From assembly GCA_964016885.1 (NCBI GenBank), contig OZ024742.1, positions 152,954,001 through 153,018,000 of the forward strand: a DNA stretch of 64,000 nt, given 5' to 3'. Positions 1 through 14,171 of the stretch are shown here, one piece after another. Within the stretch, counting starts at the first letter, position 1. Each line of letters begins with the position of its first letter. The DNA is from Eledone cirrhosa. Taxonomy: Eukaryota. The notes under the pieces were generated by a model that ran no database searches, had not been told where the DNA came from, and saw only the letters and a list, made by a program, of their open reading frames with translations. Position numbers and translations under genes: made by a program.

Positions 1-769
1 GGTTGATTGTAGACTTGTTCTATATGTGACGGTATTTTAACGATAGTTATAGCTCTGATTCATCTGAATTATTGAGCCCTCTGCCGCTCATATCGAATTT
101 CGTTTTTCGTGAACTCGTGCGCCGATTTTTCGATACTCGATCTTTCTAATATATTTAGCTCTGGACATAGCTATCCACCAGTTAATTTTATTGCTCATTT
201 TTTGTCGATTCTATTGAGTGATGAATAGCTTTTGTTTTATTTTAACATGTCTATTGAGCACTCTAATTCGATATGTGTATTTCCACATTCACTCGAATTG
301 TTTTCGCGGATATAGGGGTCATCTCCCTTGTCTAATGCCATGTGCGTTTTTCACCGCTAGTTGACTCCTTTGCCGCCAGGATAAAACTCGTTGACAACGT
401 AAACTCCGTTCCACTTATTCTAGTAGGCTTTTATATTTATATGTGAGCTGATAGAGTACTGTCTAAGGATTTACAGAAACCCATGAAGCTAGATTTAACA
501 CCTTTCTAGTGGGTCCGGGTATGATTTTACATTCATTTAAATTATTGACGTATTGTTTTATTGATATTTTTTATCTGTTTGGCCCGAATCTTCCTTTATC
601 GATTTTAAATCGTATGGTTGATTGTAGACTTGTTCTATATGTGACGGTATTTTAACGATAGTTATAGCTCTGATTCATCTGAATTATTGAGCCCTCTGCC
701 GCTCATATCGAATTTCGTTTTTCGTGAACTCGTGCGCCGATTTTTCGATACTCGATCTTTCTAATATAT
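1..769. repeat. Direct repeat, 1-154 repeated at 616-769 (period 615), ending in a TA tract; probably a partial tandem of a PLE-type terminal repeat
   Basis: GGTTGATTGTAGACTTG...TCTTTCTAATATAT occurs at 1 and 616; truncated by the window edge. The PLE assignment is inference only. Confidence 0.75.
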
Positions 770-805
770 ATTATATATATATATATATTATATATATATA
801 TATGT

Positions 806-840
<35 letters not shown>

Positions 841-956
841 AATATATTATATATATATATATATATTATATATATATATTATATATATATATATATATTA
901 TATATATATATATATTATATATATATATATATATTATATATATATATATATTATAT

Positions 957-2669
957 AATGGACAAATTTGAACAGTGACAAAACAGAGAGGCAGTACAAC
1001 GAAAGTTTATTAATTTCACGCTCTGGAGAGTGGGGTGTTGGTGGGGGACGACGTTTAGGGCATAAGCCTTTCCTCGGGTGAGAAGTGTGTGGGAACAGAG
1101 TTCACAGGGTGTGTAGGGGAGTGGTGGAGAGAAATATAGCGAAAGGAAACGGTGCGAATGAAAAAATAAAAAATAAACATAAAAATAAAAATAAAGCATG
1201 ATCAAAATACAAGGAATGAGATAAATTTAAAGATAAAGGCATGATCAAAATAAACTGAAATTAAAAGGGGGGTAAACAGGTGGTGGAAGGGTGTGGGGTG
1301 TGTAGGGGTGGTGGCGGGTGGAGTGGGGAGAGGGAGACGGGGTGTCCGAGCGGGGAGGGCTGAAGGTGGTGTGTGTGTGCAGGTGTGCGTGTGTGTGTGT
1401 GTGTGTATGTGAAAGTAAGGTTTGGGGGAAGAACGGGGTTGCATGTTCAGGAAGAGGTGTGTGTGTGGGGGGGTCGGAGTGTATGTGCGTGTGTGGATAG
1501 AGGGGTGCGGGGAGAGGAATCGGGAGGCTGAGGGTGTAAATATGTGGTGGATAGCACGTGTGTGTGGGGTTTAAGCTTGTTGTGGGTGTAGGTGGCTTAT
1601 GGAGAAAAAACATTTTTGGGGTGTGTGTGTGGGTGAGTTATATAGGTGATTACGTAAGAGGATGGTTGAAAAGTTGGAAAATTCCGAAGATGTTTAGTGG
1701 ATTGGTTGTTGGTCAATTTCTGCGTGTGTGTATTCCATGAAGCGATGGTCGGTAGAGGAGAGATGTGGGGTGCGCGCGCAACAGGAAGTGGTCAGCAGTG
1801 GGAGTGCTGTGGTCTGTTTGTGCTGGGAGGTGGTCAGAGGGCATAGCAGCAGTCGGTGGAATGGTAAAGGGGCGAGGATGTGTAGGTGTGAAAGTTGGAG
1901 TGAGGAGGGTGTGTGTATTAGTAGGGGTGTTAGTGGGATGAGTGAGTGTGGAGCGAGGGTGTGGGTGGAGCGGGGAGAGAAGGGTGTGTGTGGTTCTATG
2001 GAGGGAGTGTGGTGTACTGGTGTGTGTGTAGTTTGATGAAGAGGTGTTAGTGGGTGTTAGTATACGGGAGGTGGGGAGGGGTTGAATGCAGGTGTGAGTA
2101 GGGGTTAGTGGTGGTAGGGTGTGTGGAGTTGGTGGTGTACGAGGGTGTGTGGGTACGTGTGCGTGGGTTTGGGGGGTTTTAGTGATGTTAGTTGCGTGTG
2201 GGGTGGGTGGTGTAAGTGGGTGCGTGTGTTCGTGTGCTTGGGGTTAGGGGGTGTTAGTGAGGTTAGTTGCGGGGTGGTGGGATGGAGGTGTGGGGGTGAG
2301 AGGTGTGGGGTGAGGGTTTGTGGTGGTAGTAGGGTGTGTGTTTAGTGTGACCGCCTGTATATATGTGCCGGTGGGTGTGTGCATGTGATAAGGAGGGAGG
2401 AGGAGGAGAAGAGGGGAGGGAAGGGATGTTAGTATGTTAGTTGGGAAAGGGTGGTCAGATGAGGGGTGAAGTGGAGATGTTAGTATTGTTAGTGTGGGGT
2501 GGGCGGTGAAAAGGTGGGGTGTGTTAGTGGTGTTAGTGGGGGATAAATGTGGGGGGAGGGGGGTGGTCGAAGGCTAAAGGAATAAGGGTGGGGAGTTCAG
2601 GCCGGGGGGAGTGTGGGTTTGTAAGATGAAGATAGTTCGTTGTTCGACCGTAAGGCGATTGGCGGATAT
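957..2669 (-). mobile_element. 5'-truncated Penelope-like element: end of GIY-YIG ORF plus long C/A-rich 3' region
   Basis: Minus strand 2669-2574 reads ISANRLTVEQRTIFILQTHTPPGLNSPPLFL*, matching the PLE endonuclease C-terminal RxxxExxxIxxLxTxxPxGLN motif; TA tracts on both sides. Confidence 0.6.
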
Positions 2670-3046
2670 ATTATATATATATATATATTATATATATATA
2701 TATATATTATATATATATATATATTATATATATATATATTATATATATATATATATATGTCATATATATATATATATTATATATATATATATATATTATA
2801 TATATATATATATTATATATATATATTTTATATATATATATATATATTATAGATATATATATAGATTATATATATATATATATTATATATATATATATAT
2901 TATATATATATATATATATTATATATATATATATATATTATATATATATATATATTATAGATATATATATATATTATATATATATATATATTATATATAT
3001 ATATTATATATATATATATATATTATATATATATATTATATATATA

Positions 3047-3078
<32 letters not shown>

Positions 3079-3172
3079 TATAGATATATATATATTATAG
3101 ATATATATATATTATAGATATATATATATATATTGAAATTACATGAATCAAAGTTCAGTTTAAATCATTTAT

Positions 3173-3221
3173 TTGCTTACAATTATTTCTTCCAAAGCGA
3201 GATTTGGATTATTCGGAGCAA
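3173..3221 (-). ncRNA. Hammerhead ribozyme, family K, degenerate copy (CCGAATA core)
   Basis: ttgct CCGAATA atccaaatctcgctttggaa GAAA taattg TA agcaa; stem I is perfect. Confidence 0.5.
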
Positions 3222-4633
3222 CTATTTAGTGATTTTTACATACTTGCTCTCCTTTTCAACACAAGAGACATATAAACATATGTATATATTGACCCACAGT
3301 GGGTTGACATCCATCATAATAATATAATAATATGGCAATTTGCATACATTCATATTAAAGGACAAAATTATAGTTAAAATTAAAATAAAAATAAATAAAA
3401 ATAAAACATTGGCAGTTTATGAAGATAAAGCAAGAAGAAAGTTTAGAGTAGTCAGTGTACGAAACAGTCTCACGTGTGGCATGCACGCGTGTCTTATTTA
3501 TACAGTATTATAGTGCGGCAGATTGATACATGTAAAAGAAGCAGTTAAAGCAGACAATCAATAGCATCATGGGGTCTGTATTGTTAAATCATTCTTCACA
3601 CACACCTGTACGATATATACGTGTAAGCCCGTTTGTAGAGAAACACCAAAAATATAACAAATGTAACAAATGAGAAGCAAAAGAGCGACACTGTCCTCGC
3701 ACCCACCACCACTCACAGAATCTAGGAAACGCAATTTATATACTACATGTCCATTATACAATCCATGATGATTCGACATTGGGTGTCCGGTGAACCATGA
3801 TATACTTCGATTCATAGATCAGGCTGTTTTTGTTGTGAGAGATGACATTGTATTATATTCCGGAAGTGTGTGTGTGATTAAGGGGCATTAATGCGTAAGG
3901 GGAGGTAACTAGCTGATTTTCATAGTTAAATTTATTATCCTAAAGTGCATTAATGGTGTTTAAGATGAGTCCCTATTATATAGATTATAAACAACTTCTA
4001 AATTTAAGTATCTTATCTATAAATTACAGTGTAGTCTATCAAGAAGTACTAAAGGTGTTCGTATCAGGATGATTACTTTCTATCATGGAGTGCCACAACC
4101 GAACATTCTACATGAAGAGTCAGACCTCCAAATCAATGATCTTTGTAATTGTAGTCCACCCGCAGAACCTGGCAGGGTCTTATTACTATACATGACTCCC
4201 AGTAAGCTCCAGGTCATTGTATGTCTGAATGCATGGCAAAGTTAACTATTACCAGTGTGGTCCAGAGGTCAATTCCCTCATACAAAGACACTAATCTGTC
4301 CATCAAGCCACACCTATACTCAAAACTCATATATCGTCTGTACATTAAATCATTGTATTCAGCATATAGGACATATAGCCCTATTAATGAATTAATTACT
4401 TAATCATCTATCTATCCTATGGTGGCACTCTCTGCACAGGATAATGTTAGCACAACCAATTCAGTGCCTACAGTTTACATTAATTATATATTAGTAAAAT
4501 GTAGTCCAAATAATTCAAGGCCAATATATACATATGTGGGTGAATATATACATATGTGGGTCAATATATACATATGTTTTGATATGTCTCTTGTGTTGAA
4601 AAAAAGGTCAAGTATGTAAAAATCACTAAATAG

Positions 4634-4682
4634 TTGCTCCGAAGAACCCAAACCTCGGTTTGGAGGAAACAATTGTAAGGAA
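4634..4682 (+). ncRNA. Type I hammerhead ribozyme, family K (U4C variant)
   Basis: ttgct CCGAAGA ac-ccaaacc-tc-ggtttgg-ag GAAA caattg TA aggaa; palindromic stem III ACAATTGT; GUA site. Confidence 0.7.
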
Positions 4683-4881
4683 ATGAATGATTTAAACTGA
4701 ACTTTGATTCATGTAATTTCTATATAACTGCTCTGTAAAACAACTGATGTTATTACATTGAGCTATTTATCTTACTGGTAATAAGATAGTTTTGAATTAC
4801 TGTCTTTCACTATTTATGGTTTAAAATATATATAACTATATAAGGTTTTATTATATACATAACCATAAATAGTATCCTTAA

Positions 4882-4921
<40 letters not shown>

Positions 4922-5049
4922 AAAGTTATATTTAAAATTGTTGGGTTACAACTAGTAAATATTTATAACTGATATAAAAGCACTCGACTAATATTTGGAG
5001 TATATTTACAATATTAAATAAATGGAAACTATATTTATAAAACCTTATT

Positions 5050-5115
5050 TGTTTCATTATATATATTTCAGGGATATCATATTAACAATATGCTATGCCT
5101 TCCTCAGACAAAATA
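5050..5115 (-). ncRNA. Hammerhead ribozyme, family A
   Basis: Near reverse complement of 5233-5298. Confidence 0.75.
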
Positions 5116-5232
5116 CAATATAAACAGTTTTATAGATAAATAGATTCGACATGCCAAATCAACCTCTTCAAATGCAAGTCGATGTTTGTTACGGTATGTA
5201 GAATCTATTTATCTATAAAACTGTTTATATTG

Positions 5233-5298
5233 TATTTTGTCTGAGGAAGGCATAGCACATTGTTAATATGATATCCCTGAAATATATATAATGAAATA
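5233..5298 (+). ncRNA. Type I hammerhead ribozyme, family A
   Basis: tattttgt CTGAGGA agg...cct GAAA tatata TA atgaaata; stem III is an (AT)4 palindrome. Confidence 0.8.
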
Positions 5299-5339
5299 AA
5301 TATGGTTTTATAAATATAGTCTCCATTTATTTAATATTG

Positions 5340-5340
<1 letters not shown>

Positions 5341-5373
<33 letters not shown>

Positions 5374-5396
5374 ATATTATATATATATATTATATA

Positions 5397-5451
<55 letters not shown>

Positions 5452-5474
5452 ATATTATATATATATTATATATA

Positions 5475-5518
<44 letters not shown>

Positions 5519-5574
5519 ATATATATATATATATTATATATATATATATTATATATTATATATATATTATATAT

Positions 5575-5605
<31 letters not shown>

Positions 5606-5684
5606 TACATATATATTATATATATATATATTATATATATATAATATATATATATTATATATATATTATATATATATTATATAT

Positions 5685-5719
<35 letters not shown>

Positions 5720-5738
5720 ATATATATATTATATATAT

Positions 5739-5769
<31 letters not shown>

Positions 5770-5802
5770 ATATATATTATATATATATATATATATTATA
5801 TT

Positions 5803-5836
<34 letters not shown>

Positions 5837-5870
5837 ATTATATTTATATATATATATTATATTTATAGAT

Positions 5871-5902
<32 letters not shown>

Positions 5903-6062
5903 ATATATTATATTTATATATATATATTATATTTATATATATATATTATTTATATATATGTATATATTATATATATATATATATATTATATATATATATA
6001 TTATATATATATTATGTAAATATATATTATATTTATATATATATATATATATATATTATATT

Positions 6063-6115
<53 letters not shown>

Positions 6116-6251
6116 ATTATATATATATATTATATATTATATATATATATATATTATATATATATATATATATTATATTATATATATATATATATTATAT
6201 ATATATATATTATATATATATATATTATATATATATAATATATTATATATA

Positions 6252-6297
<46 letters not shown>

Positions 6298-6351
6298 ATA
6301 TATATATATATTATATATATATATATTATATATTATATATATATTATATAT

Positions 6352-6396
<45 letters not shown>

Positions 6397-6455
6397 ATAT
6401 AAATATATATTATATATATATAATATATATATATTATATATATATTATATATATA

Positions 6456-6526
<71 letters not shown>

Positions 6527-6564
6527 ATATATATATTATATATATTATATATATATATATATTA

Positions 6565-6610
<46 letters not shown>

Positions 6611-6644
6611 ATTATATTTATATATATATATTATATTTATAGAT

Positions 6645-6676
<32 letters not shown>

Positions 6677-6741
6677 ATATATTATATTTATATATATATA
6701 TTATATTTATATATATATATTATTTATATATATATATATAT

Positions 6742-6775
<34 letters not shown>

Positions 6776-6842
6776 ATATTATATATATATTATGTAAATA
6801 TATATTATATTTATATATATATATATATATATTATATTTATT

Positions 6843-6874
<32 letters not shown>

Positions 6875-7213
6875 ATATATTATATATATATATTATATAT
6901 ATATATTATATATTATATATATATATATTATATATATATATATATTATATATTATATATATATATATATTATATATATATATATTATATATATATTTATT
7001 ATATATATATAATATATTATATATATATATATTATATATATATATATATATTATATATTATATATATATATATATTATATATATATATATTATATATATA
7101 TATATTATATATATATAATATATTATATATATATATATTATATATATATATATATATTATATATTATATATATATATATATATTATATATATATATTGTT
7201 TATATATATATAT

Positions 7214-7282
<69 letters not shown>

Positions 7283-7296
7283 TAAATATATACATA
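5341..7296. repeat. Interrupted (TA)n microsatellite with higher-order internal duplication
   Basis: TA repeats with TT slips; variant landmarks (ATTTATAGATT, TGTAAAT) recur about 775 bp apart. Confidence 0.95.
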
Positions 7297-7898
7297 TATA
7301 TTTATTAAAATAACAGATTAAAGTTTAAGCAAAGAATCGCTGCTTTCACCCTTAACGGGATCTTCTGAAACTAACAAAGTCAATCTGTAAACGCAGAAGT
7401 GGATATTTCAAAAAAACGTTGCAACCTGGGGAAGACAGGAAGACGATACTAACATTCTAATTAGGAGACCGAATGAATCTCCTCTAATGAGTTAAGAACA
7501 AAGTAAATAAATACAATACAGAAGTAATAGAAATAAATAAATACATACACGCAAACAAATACGTACATACACAAGCATACGCAACACACTTACCATAGGT
7601 AAACGAAACCACGCAAATATAAATATGTGTGTGTGTGTATGCGTGTATACAAATAAATAAATAATTATATAAACGTATATAAATAAATAAATAAATACGT
7701 ATATAACAAGCGCACACACATACCTACATCTAAATACACGAGTATTCGGAGACGTAAATCAACCAAAATATGAAGTACACAAATACACACACCCTACATA
7801 CGTACGAATATTTGCTCTACGGTTCTTATATATTTGATATATATTTATCCTTATCGAAACACTCTTTGGATTTTAGTCTTCACATTTATTATTATTAC

Positions 7899-7899
<1 letters not shown>
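7297..7899. mobile_element. HHR cassette, family E: inverted arm 7297-~7806 (minus), direct tail only 7807-7899 (plus)
   Basis: Matches 56680-57080 and 9043-9273; arm and tail are essentially non-overlapping parts of the element. Confidence 0.8.
7322..7372 (-). ncRNA. Hammerhead ribozyme, family E (U4A core CAGAAGA)
   Basis: agttt CAGAAGA tccc-gttaa-gggt GAAA gcag-cgattct-ttgc TT aaact. Confidence 0.65.
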
Positions 7900-7932
<33 letters not shown>

Positions 7933-8037
7933 ATATATATATATTATATATCTAATATACATAAATATATTATATATCTAATATACATAAATATATTATA
8001 TATATATATATATATATTATATATCTAATATACATAA

Positions 8038-8086
<49 letters not shown>

Positions 8087-8091
8087 CATAA

Positions 8092-8290
<199 letters not shown>

Positions 8291-8348
8291 CATTATATGA
8301 AATAAAGTTAAATAAAAGTCAAATGATTAAAATTGAGCTTCGTTTATT

Positions 8349-8403
8349 ACTGCTATATATATTTCAGTGACAGCCATCATTGGCTGTGACCTCTTCAGGC
8401 AGT
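8349..8403 (-). ncRNA. Type I hammerhead ribozyme, family B
   Basis: actgc CTGAAGA ggtc-acagcc-aatgat-ggctgt-cact GAAA tatata TA gcagt. Confidence 0.85.
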
Positions 8404-8643
8404 TTGAATTAGTATGGTATAGACAAGTACATATGTTGTTTAGGTGTATAATATTGTCAACACTCTGATATGCCTAGTTCCTTGTTGGGTTGTTATTTGA
8501 CTGAGGAACTGGCGTCATATAACTCCATATGACTCCAGTTCCTCAGTGAAATAACAACCCAACAAGGAACTGGGCATATCAGATTATTGACAATATTATA
8601 CACCTAAACAACATATGTACTTGTCTATGCCATACTAATTCAA

Positions 8644-8698
8644 ACTGCCTGAAGAGGTCACAGCCAAAGACGGCTGTCACTGAAATATATATAGCATT
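8644..8698 (+). ncRNA. Type I hammerhead ribozyme, family B
   Basis: actgc CTGAAGA ggtcacagccaaagacggctgtcact GAAA tatata TA gcatt, followed by AATAAA. Confidence 0.8.
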
Positions 8699-9042
8699 AA
8701 TAAACGAAGCTAAATTTTAATCATTTGACTTTTATTTAACTTTATTTTACACTACTCCGGAGTAACCAAACCAAACTGCGCACTTCGTCGAGTGCTCCAG
8801 CCTGCATACTGAGGTGTTGGTATACAACCAACATAAACTCAAAATCTATATATATATATATATTATATATATATATTTTATATATATATATTATATATAT
8901 ATATTATATATATATATTTTATATATATATATTATATATATATATTATATATATATTTATTATGTATATATATTATATATATATATATTATATATATATA
9001 TTATATATATATATATTATACTTATATATATATATATATTAA

Positions 9043-9273
9043 TAATAATAGAAATAATAATAAATTTGAAGACTAAAATCCAAAGAAAGCTCGATAGGGA
9101 TAAATTTATATCCAATATATAAGAACCGTAGAGCAAATATTTATTAAAATAACAGATTAAAGTTTAAGCAAAGAATCGCTGCTTTTACCCTTAACGGGAA
9201 CTTCTGAAGATCCCACTAAGGATGAAAGCAGCGATTCTTTACTTAAACATTAATCTGTTATTTTAATAAATAT
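9043..9273 (-). mobile_element. HHR cassette, family E, short hairpin whose centre cuts through the ribozyme core
   Basis: Tail 9043-9137; arms ~9137-9203 and 9206-9273; centre CTTC-T-GAAG. Confidence 0.8.
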
Positions 9274-9303
9274 ATATATATATTACATATATATATATAT
9301 ATT

Positions 9304-9334
<31 letters not shown>

Positions 9335-9370
9335 ATATATATATATTATATATATATATATTATATATAT

Positions 9371-9404
<34 letters not shown>

Positions 9405-9677
9405 ATATTATATACATATATATATATATATATTATATATATATATTATATATATATATATTGTATATATATATATATTATATATATATATATATTCTAT
9501 ATATATTTTATATATATTATATATATATATATATTATATATATATATATATATTCTATATATATTTTATATATATTATATATATATATTATATATATATA
9601 TATATATATTATATTTATATTATATATTTATATTTATATTATATATATATTTTATATATATATATATATATATTATA

Positions 9678-9850
9678 TGTTGATATGTTGATTTAAAACT
9701 GCACTATCCACAAGTGTCTTTTAGCCTTCATATCATGTTCTCCTGTTTTATCTGATGAAAACACAAATATTATTGCATGATGATGTTTGTTTTTGAAATG
9801 CGCATAATAAAATACATGGAACTCCTTTAACCATCTTTTGATCTTATATT
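9678..9850 (+). mobile_element. Solo arm of HHR cassette, family C
   Basis: Near-identical to 25972-26140 and 33765-33932. Confidence 0.8.
9746..9812 (+). ncRNA. Type I hammerhead ribozyme, family C
   Basis: ttttat CTGATGA aaacacaaat...gtttgttttt GAAA tgcgca TA ataaaa; palindromic stem III ATGCGCAT. Confidence 0.85.
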
Positions 9851-9913
9851 ATATATATATTATATACATATATATATATTATATATATATATTATATGTA
9901 TATATTATATATA

Positions 9914-10001
<88 letters not shown>

Positions 10002-10152
10002 TATATATATTTTATATATATTATATATATATATATATATTATATATATATATTATATATATATTATATATATATATATTATATATATATATATTATATA
10101 TATATATATATATATATTATATTTATATTATATATATATATATTATATATAT

Positions 10153-10186
<34 letters not shown>

Positions 10187-10292
10187 ATATATATATTATA
10201 TTTATATTATATATATATATATTATATATATTAAATATATATATAAATATATATTCTATATATATATATTATATATATATATTATATATATA

Positions 10293-10350
<58 letters not shown>

Positions 10351-10352
10351 CA

Positions 10353-10384
<32 letters not shown>

Positions 10385-10474
10385 TACCCTAAATTTATAA
10401 ATTTAATTCATTATAAATTGAAGTAAAGCTCCTGGTGCGTGTGTTTCTTATTGGCAACATGACCCTCCCAAAGA

Positions 10475-10520
<46 letters not shown>

Positions 10521-11084
10521 TTATACTTTGGGAGGGTCATGTTGCCAATAAGAAACACACGCACCAGTTGTTTACTCCAATTTATTATAAATTAAATTCA
10601 TAAATTTAAGAATTTATATATTTCCGGTTGGTTGGTTGGTTCCAACACCGGAGGGTTGTTCATATATTGTTAAAGTTCTTTCGTCACACATTCTGTGACC
10701 TGTTCAATGACTGGGGATTTTTTTCTTTGTTGTGCCTCTCCTTTGTTCTGTCCTACGCGATCTTGTTTTTTGTGTGTTGTGTGCTTAGTTTGTGCATGTG
10801 TTACATCCGCGTGTCTGTGTGTGTTTATATTTGTTTATTTATTTTTTTAGTTACATGTTACTGTTTGGTTGTTTGTTCTATGTGTGTGTGTGTTTTGATT
10901 TTGTCCTTAACTGTCAGTTGTGATGCTGCTATTCCATTCATGTTTTCTATTTAATTTTGGTTGGAGTTCATTTATGTGTATTGCCTCTGTGATTTGTCTA
11001 AACCTGCCCCTCCCAAAGTATAACAATATCAGTTTCAACACAGGTTTTCAGATGAAGAATCTTGCTAAACAAATTCAGAAACGA

Positions 11085-11085
<1 letters not shown>
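10385..11085. mobile_element. Family G cassettes: short arm 10385-10470; insertion with inverted arm 10519-~11000 and direct end plus tail 11006-11085
   Basis: Shared motif GACCCTCCCAAAGTATAACAAT; degenerate HHR (TTGAACA core) at ~10668-10712 minus. Confidence 0.75.
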
Positions 11086-11115
<30 letters not shown>

Positions 11116-11546
11116 GTGTGTGTGTGTATGTGTCAATGTTTGTATGCAAAATTCAAACATGTATATTAAAGGAAACAACACCTTACTATGAAGACATATA
11201 TTAGTAATTTTACACTTGCTATAGTAGGAAATGTGTCTGAACGTTTCGGTTTGAAAATAGAATAAAGAATCAAAGAAGAAATAGAAAGATGGATGAGACT
11301 GGCCAGTGGCAGAAAGAAAACATAAAAATGTCTATTCACGTCACCATCTATCAAAATAGTGTTCTTGCTGGTGTTGTTATGTAAGATGATCTTGTTTTAA
11401 AAGCGGTGATCGTACTGACTAGCTGAAAAACTTCTAATCGTTATCAAACAAATATCAGTACATTATGTGTCGTCAAAGAACAAATTTCTACAAATGCTTT
11501 GTCACAGAGAATATGAAGAAACTCTAAACCTTTTTCTTCATAGGTT

Positions 11547-11583
<37 letters not shown>

Positions 11584-11984
11584 CATATATAATAGTTGCT
11601 GTTATCTACGTTAAGAATACATCTTTGCCACGAGAATTTGTCAGTCCTACAGTCTGTAGACAAAAATGTATAATTTTTGTGACGAATTTACACTTGTAAA
11701 TTCGTCACACGGTTTAACATCATTAGCTACCAATTCCATGCATTTAACTAACGTTCAATCTATTACAAGTATTCATATTATGGTACCAGTTTGAGGATAT
11801 CTTCCTCCATCTTTTCTCAAGTTAAGTTATTACTTTTCTTTCTCTCTCTCTCCCTCTCACTCTTTCTCTTTCTCTTTCTCTCTGTATATATATATATATA
11901 TATATATATACACAAATGCAAGTTTGGTAAAATCGAAGTTTTGGGTGTGGCCAAGCTAACCTTATACAATTAGGAATATGCAGA

Positions 11985-12015
<31 letters not shown>

Positions 12016-12024
12016 ATATATATA

Positions 12025-12191
12025 TAATTTAGAAATGGCTTCTACAGGTCTAGAACTATTTCATTCGGAAGAAATCATCATTAGAAGAGAAATCATCCTG
12101 TAGAAGCCATATCTATAATATAAATTTATACTCCGCTATGTATTGAGTACCTTACTTACTGTGGTTACCCCCGATCACACCCGGAATAAAC

Positions 12192-12193
<2 letters not shown>
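12025..12193 (+). mobile_element. Short family D-like cassette with a truncated HHR on the minus strand (~12036-12080)
   Basis: Homologous to 63385-63513; minus strand reads TGATGA tttcttccgaat GAAA tag..ctg TA gaagcc. Confidence 0.7.
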
Positions 12194-12278
<85 letters not shown>

Positions 12279-13064
12279 ACAACATAGCAAAATCTTATAA
12301 TATTTGGATGCTATTTCTGGCAGATGAAATAACGGTAGCTGTACACCGAGGCAGAGAGTAGCACAGCATGTAGCAATATCGATTTCTATTGTTAGGAAGA
12401 GCTAGTTGAGAGCTACTTGTTTTAATTTACAATTATATCTGTTAGTGTCTAAAAAGAAGTATGTAAGAAATGCTATCATTTATATCCAAGAATTGAACTC
12501 ATGTCCTTTATTTACTTGGATGTTATCTACTAAATCTGCTCATACCCGATTTATGCCATATAAAACATCCATTTCCGCTATATTATAACGCTAGATATTT
12601 ACAATTTAGAGGTAATAGAATAATTGAATGTGATTTATGATATGCTGCAAAACAATGTCACAATATTAAGCATTCAGGAATTATTCTATTTTCAAAATAT
12701 GCCCCATGACATGAAAAGAACATATCACTTTATATAGAATGAAAATATTTCCATTAGTTTAATAAAAACATATTATAACTATTTCACTTCCAGATCCTTT
12801 AGAGACATGATTGCATGTATGAGAGTATATCATACACATATCCACGGGGTAGCGAATAACTATCTGAGTGATGCGGTATGTGAAACATTAAAATATATTA
12901 GATTTTTATATTCTAAAACAAAATTCCTACTTTACTTGAGATATTTTGCTTTCAGTTAATCTTCCCTGTAAATTTGATTTATAACTTTACTATTTCTTCT
13001 GCTTTTCATAGAAGTCGTTTGACATGCTTTTAAAGAAATGAAGTGTCTTGTAACAGATGAAGTT

Positions 13065-13110
<46 letters not shown>

Positions 13111-13117
13111 TACATTG

Positions 13118-13190
<73 letters not shown>

Positions 13191-13394
13191 TATATGTATA
13201 TATATATATATATGTATATATGTATATATCTATATATATATATGTATATATATATATATGTACATAGATATGTGTGTGTGTATATATATATGTGTATATA
13301 TATGTACATAGATATATGTGTGTGTGTATATATATATATGTGTATATACATATGTATATGTATATATATATATATATATACATGTACATATATA

Positions 13395-14171
13395 TCTATA
13401 TATTAATTTCATCAATGTCAGTATTCCGTGTGTCATAATTCTCGATTATCATTGGTTCATAGGTTTCAAACGACTCCGCCCACCTCAATGACGCCAAACT
13501 TAAATTGATATGCATAACGCCAATGAGGGAGTGAGAGGCAAATTGAACGCTGTGTTGGATACACTATATATATGTGTCAGTGTAGAGACAGGTGTGTGTG
13601 TGGTGCGTGTGGACATAAGAGGGGAAGGAAATAAATAACTATTAACATGTGTGCGTGTGTATATACGTGCGCGTATGTTTATGTTTCTGTGCGTGCGTGC
13701 GTGCAGCGTTCCACAGAAAGTAAAAACTATCAACATGTGTGTAAGTGCACGGGTGCGTGTGAAAGTTTGCGTGCGTGTACGCGTTTCCAAGCGTGTACGT
13801 GTGTGTACGTGTAGCGTTCACAATCACTACGCAGTTTATCTGTATGTGTGCCTGTCTGTCAGTCTAACATACACAGAGGGACCTTTTTTTACATTGACGG
13901 ACATCTTTTATATTATTATTGTGTCATTGTTTGACAATTGCTCGAAATGAATACGAATAAGAAAAGCAATTCGACTTTATCAAACAGTGAACTACAGCGG
14001 CGACGGCGTGTAGCCAGGAATGAAGAAAAACGGCCCGAACAGCGCCATCGGAACGCCGAACTGCAGAGGCGAAGACGGGCCGCCGAGACAAACATCCAAT
14101 ACAGTCATTTACTCTTTTACCTGTCTTCTCTTAGCATCTGTTTACCCGGGCGAAGCTCGGTACGTCAGCTA

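Larger units (their letters stand above)
3134..4885 (+). mobile_element. HHR cassette, family K: inverted arms 3135-3298 and 4555-4720, plus 3' tail 4720-4885
   Basis: Arms are diverged reverse complements, each with an HHR; TA tracts on both sides. Confidence 0.75.
4919..5341 (-). mobile_element. HHR palindromic cassette, family A: tail 4919-5006, arms 5007-5147 and 5201-5341
   Basis: Near-perfect inverted arms around a 53-nt spacer; same sequence family as 59013-59227 and 60921-61221. Confidence 0.85.
8299..8846 (+). mobile_element. HHR palindromic cassette, family B: arms ~8300-8520 and 8527-8748, tail 8749-8846
   Basis: About 220-bp arms with scattered mismatches around the loop AACTCC; TA-flanked. 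Confidence 0.85.

Noticed and set aside
444-492. CTGATAGA...GAAAC in the 615-bp repeat unit
   Set aside because: Core insertion and no valid UH or stem I
1042-1086. HHR-like CCGAGGA..ggc-ttat-gcc..TAAACGTCGTC on the minus strand near a PLE 3' end
   Set aside because: G12 is missing and stem I does not form; at best a decayed ribozyme
11049-11083. CAGATGA..GAAAC in the family G tail
   Set aside because: Other copies read CAGATAA or CAGAGAA; no stem I
11100-13060. Host exons in the unique AT-rich islands (also 24362-24820, 48460-48690, 63570-64000)
   Set aside because: No convincing ORF, splice pattern or motif; left unannotated
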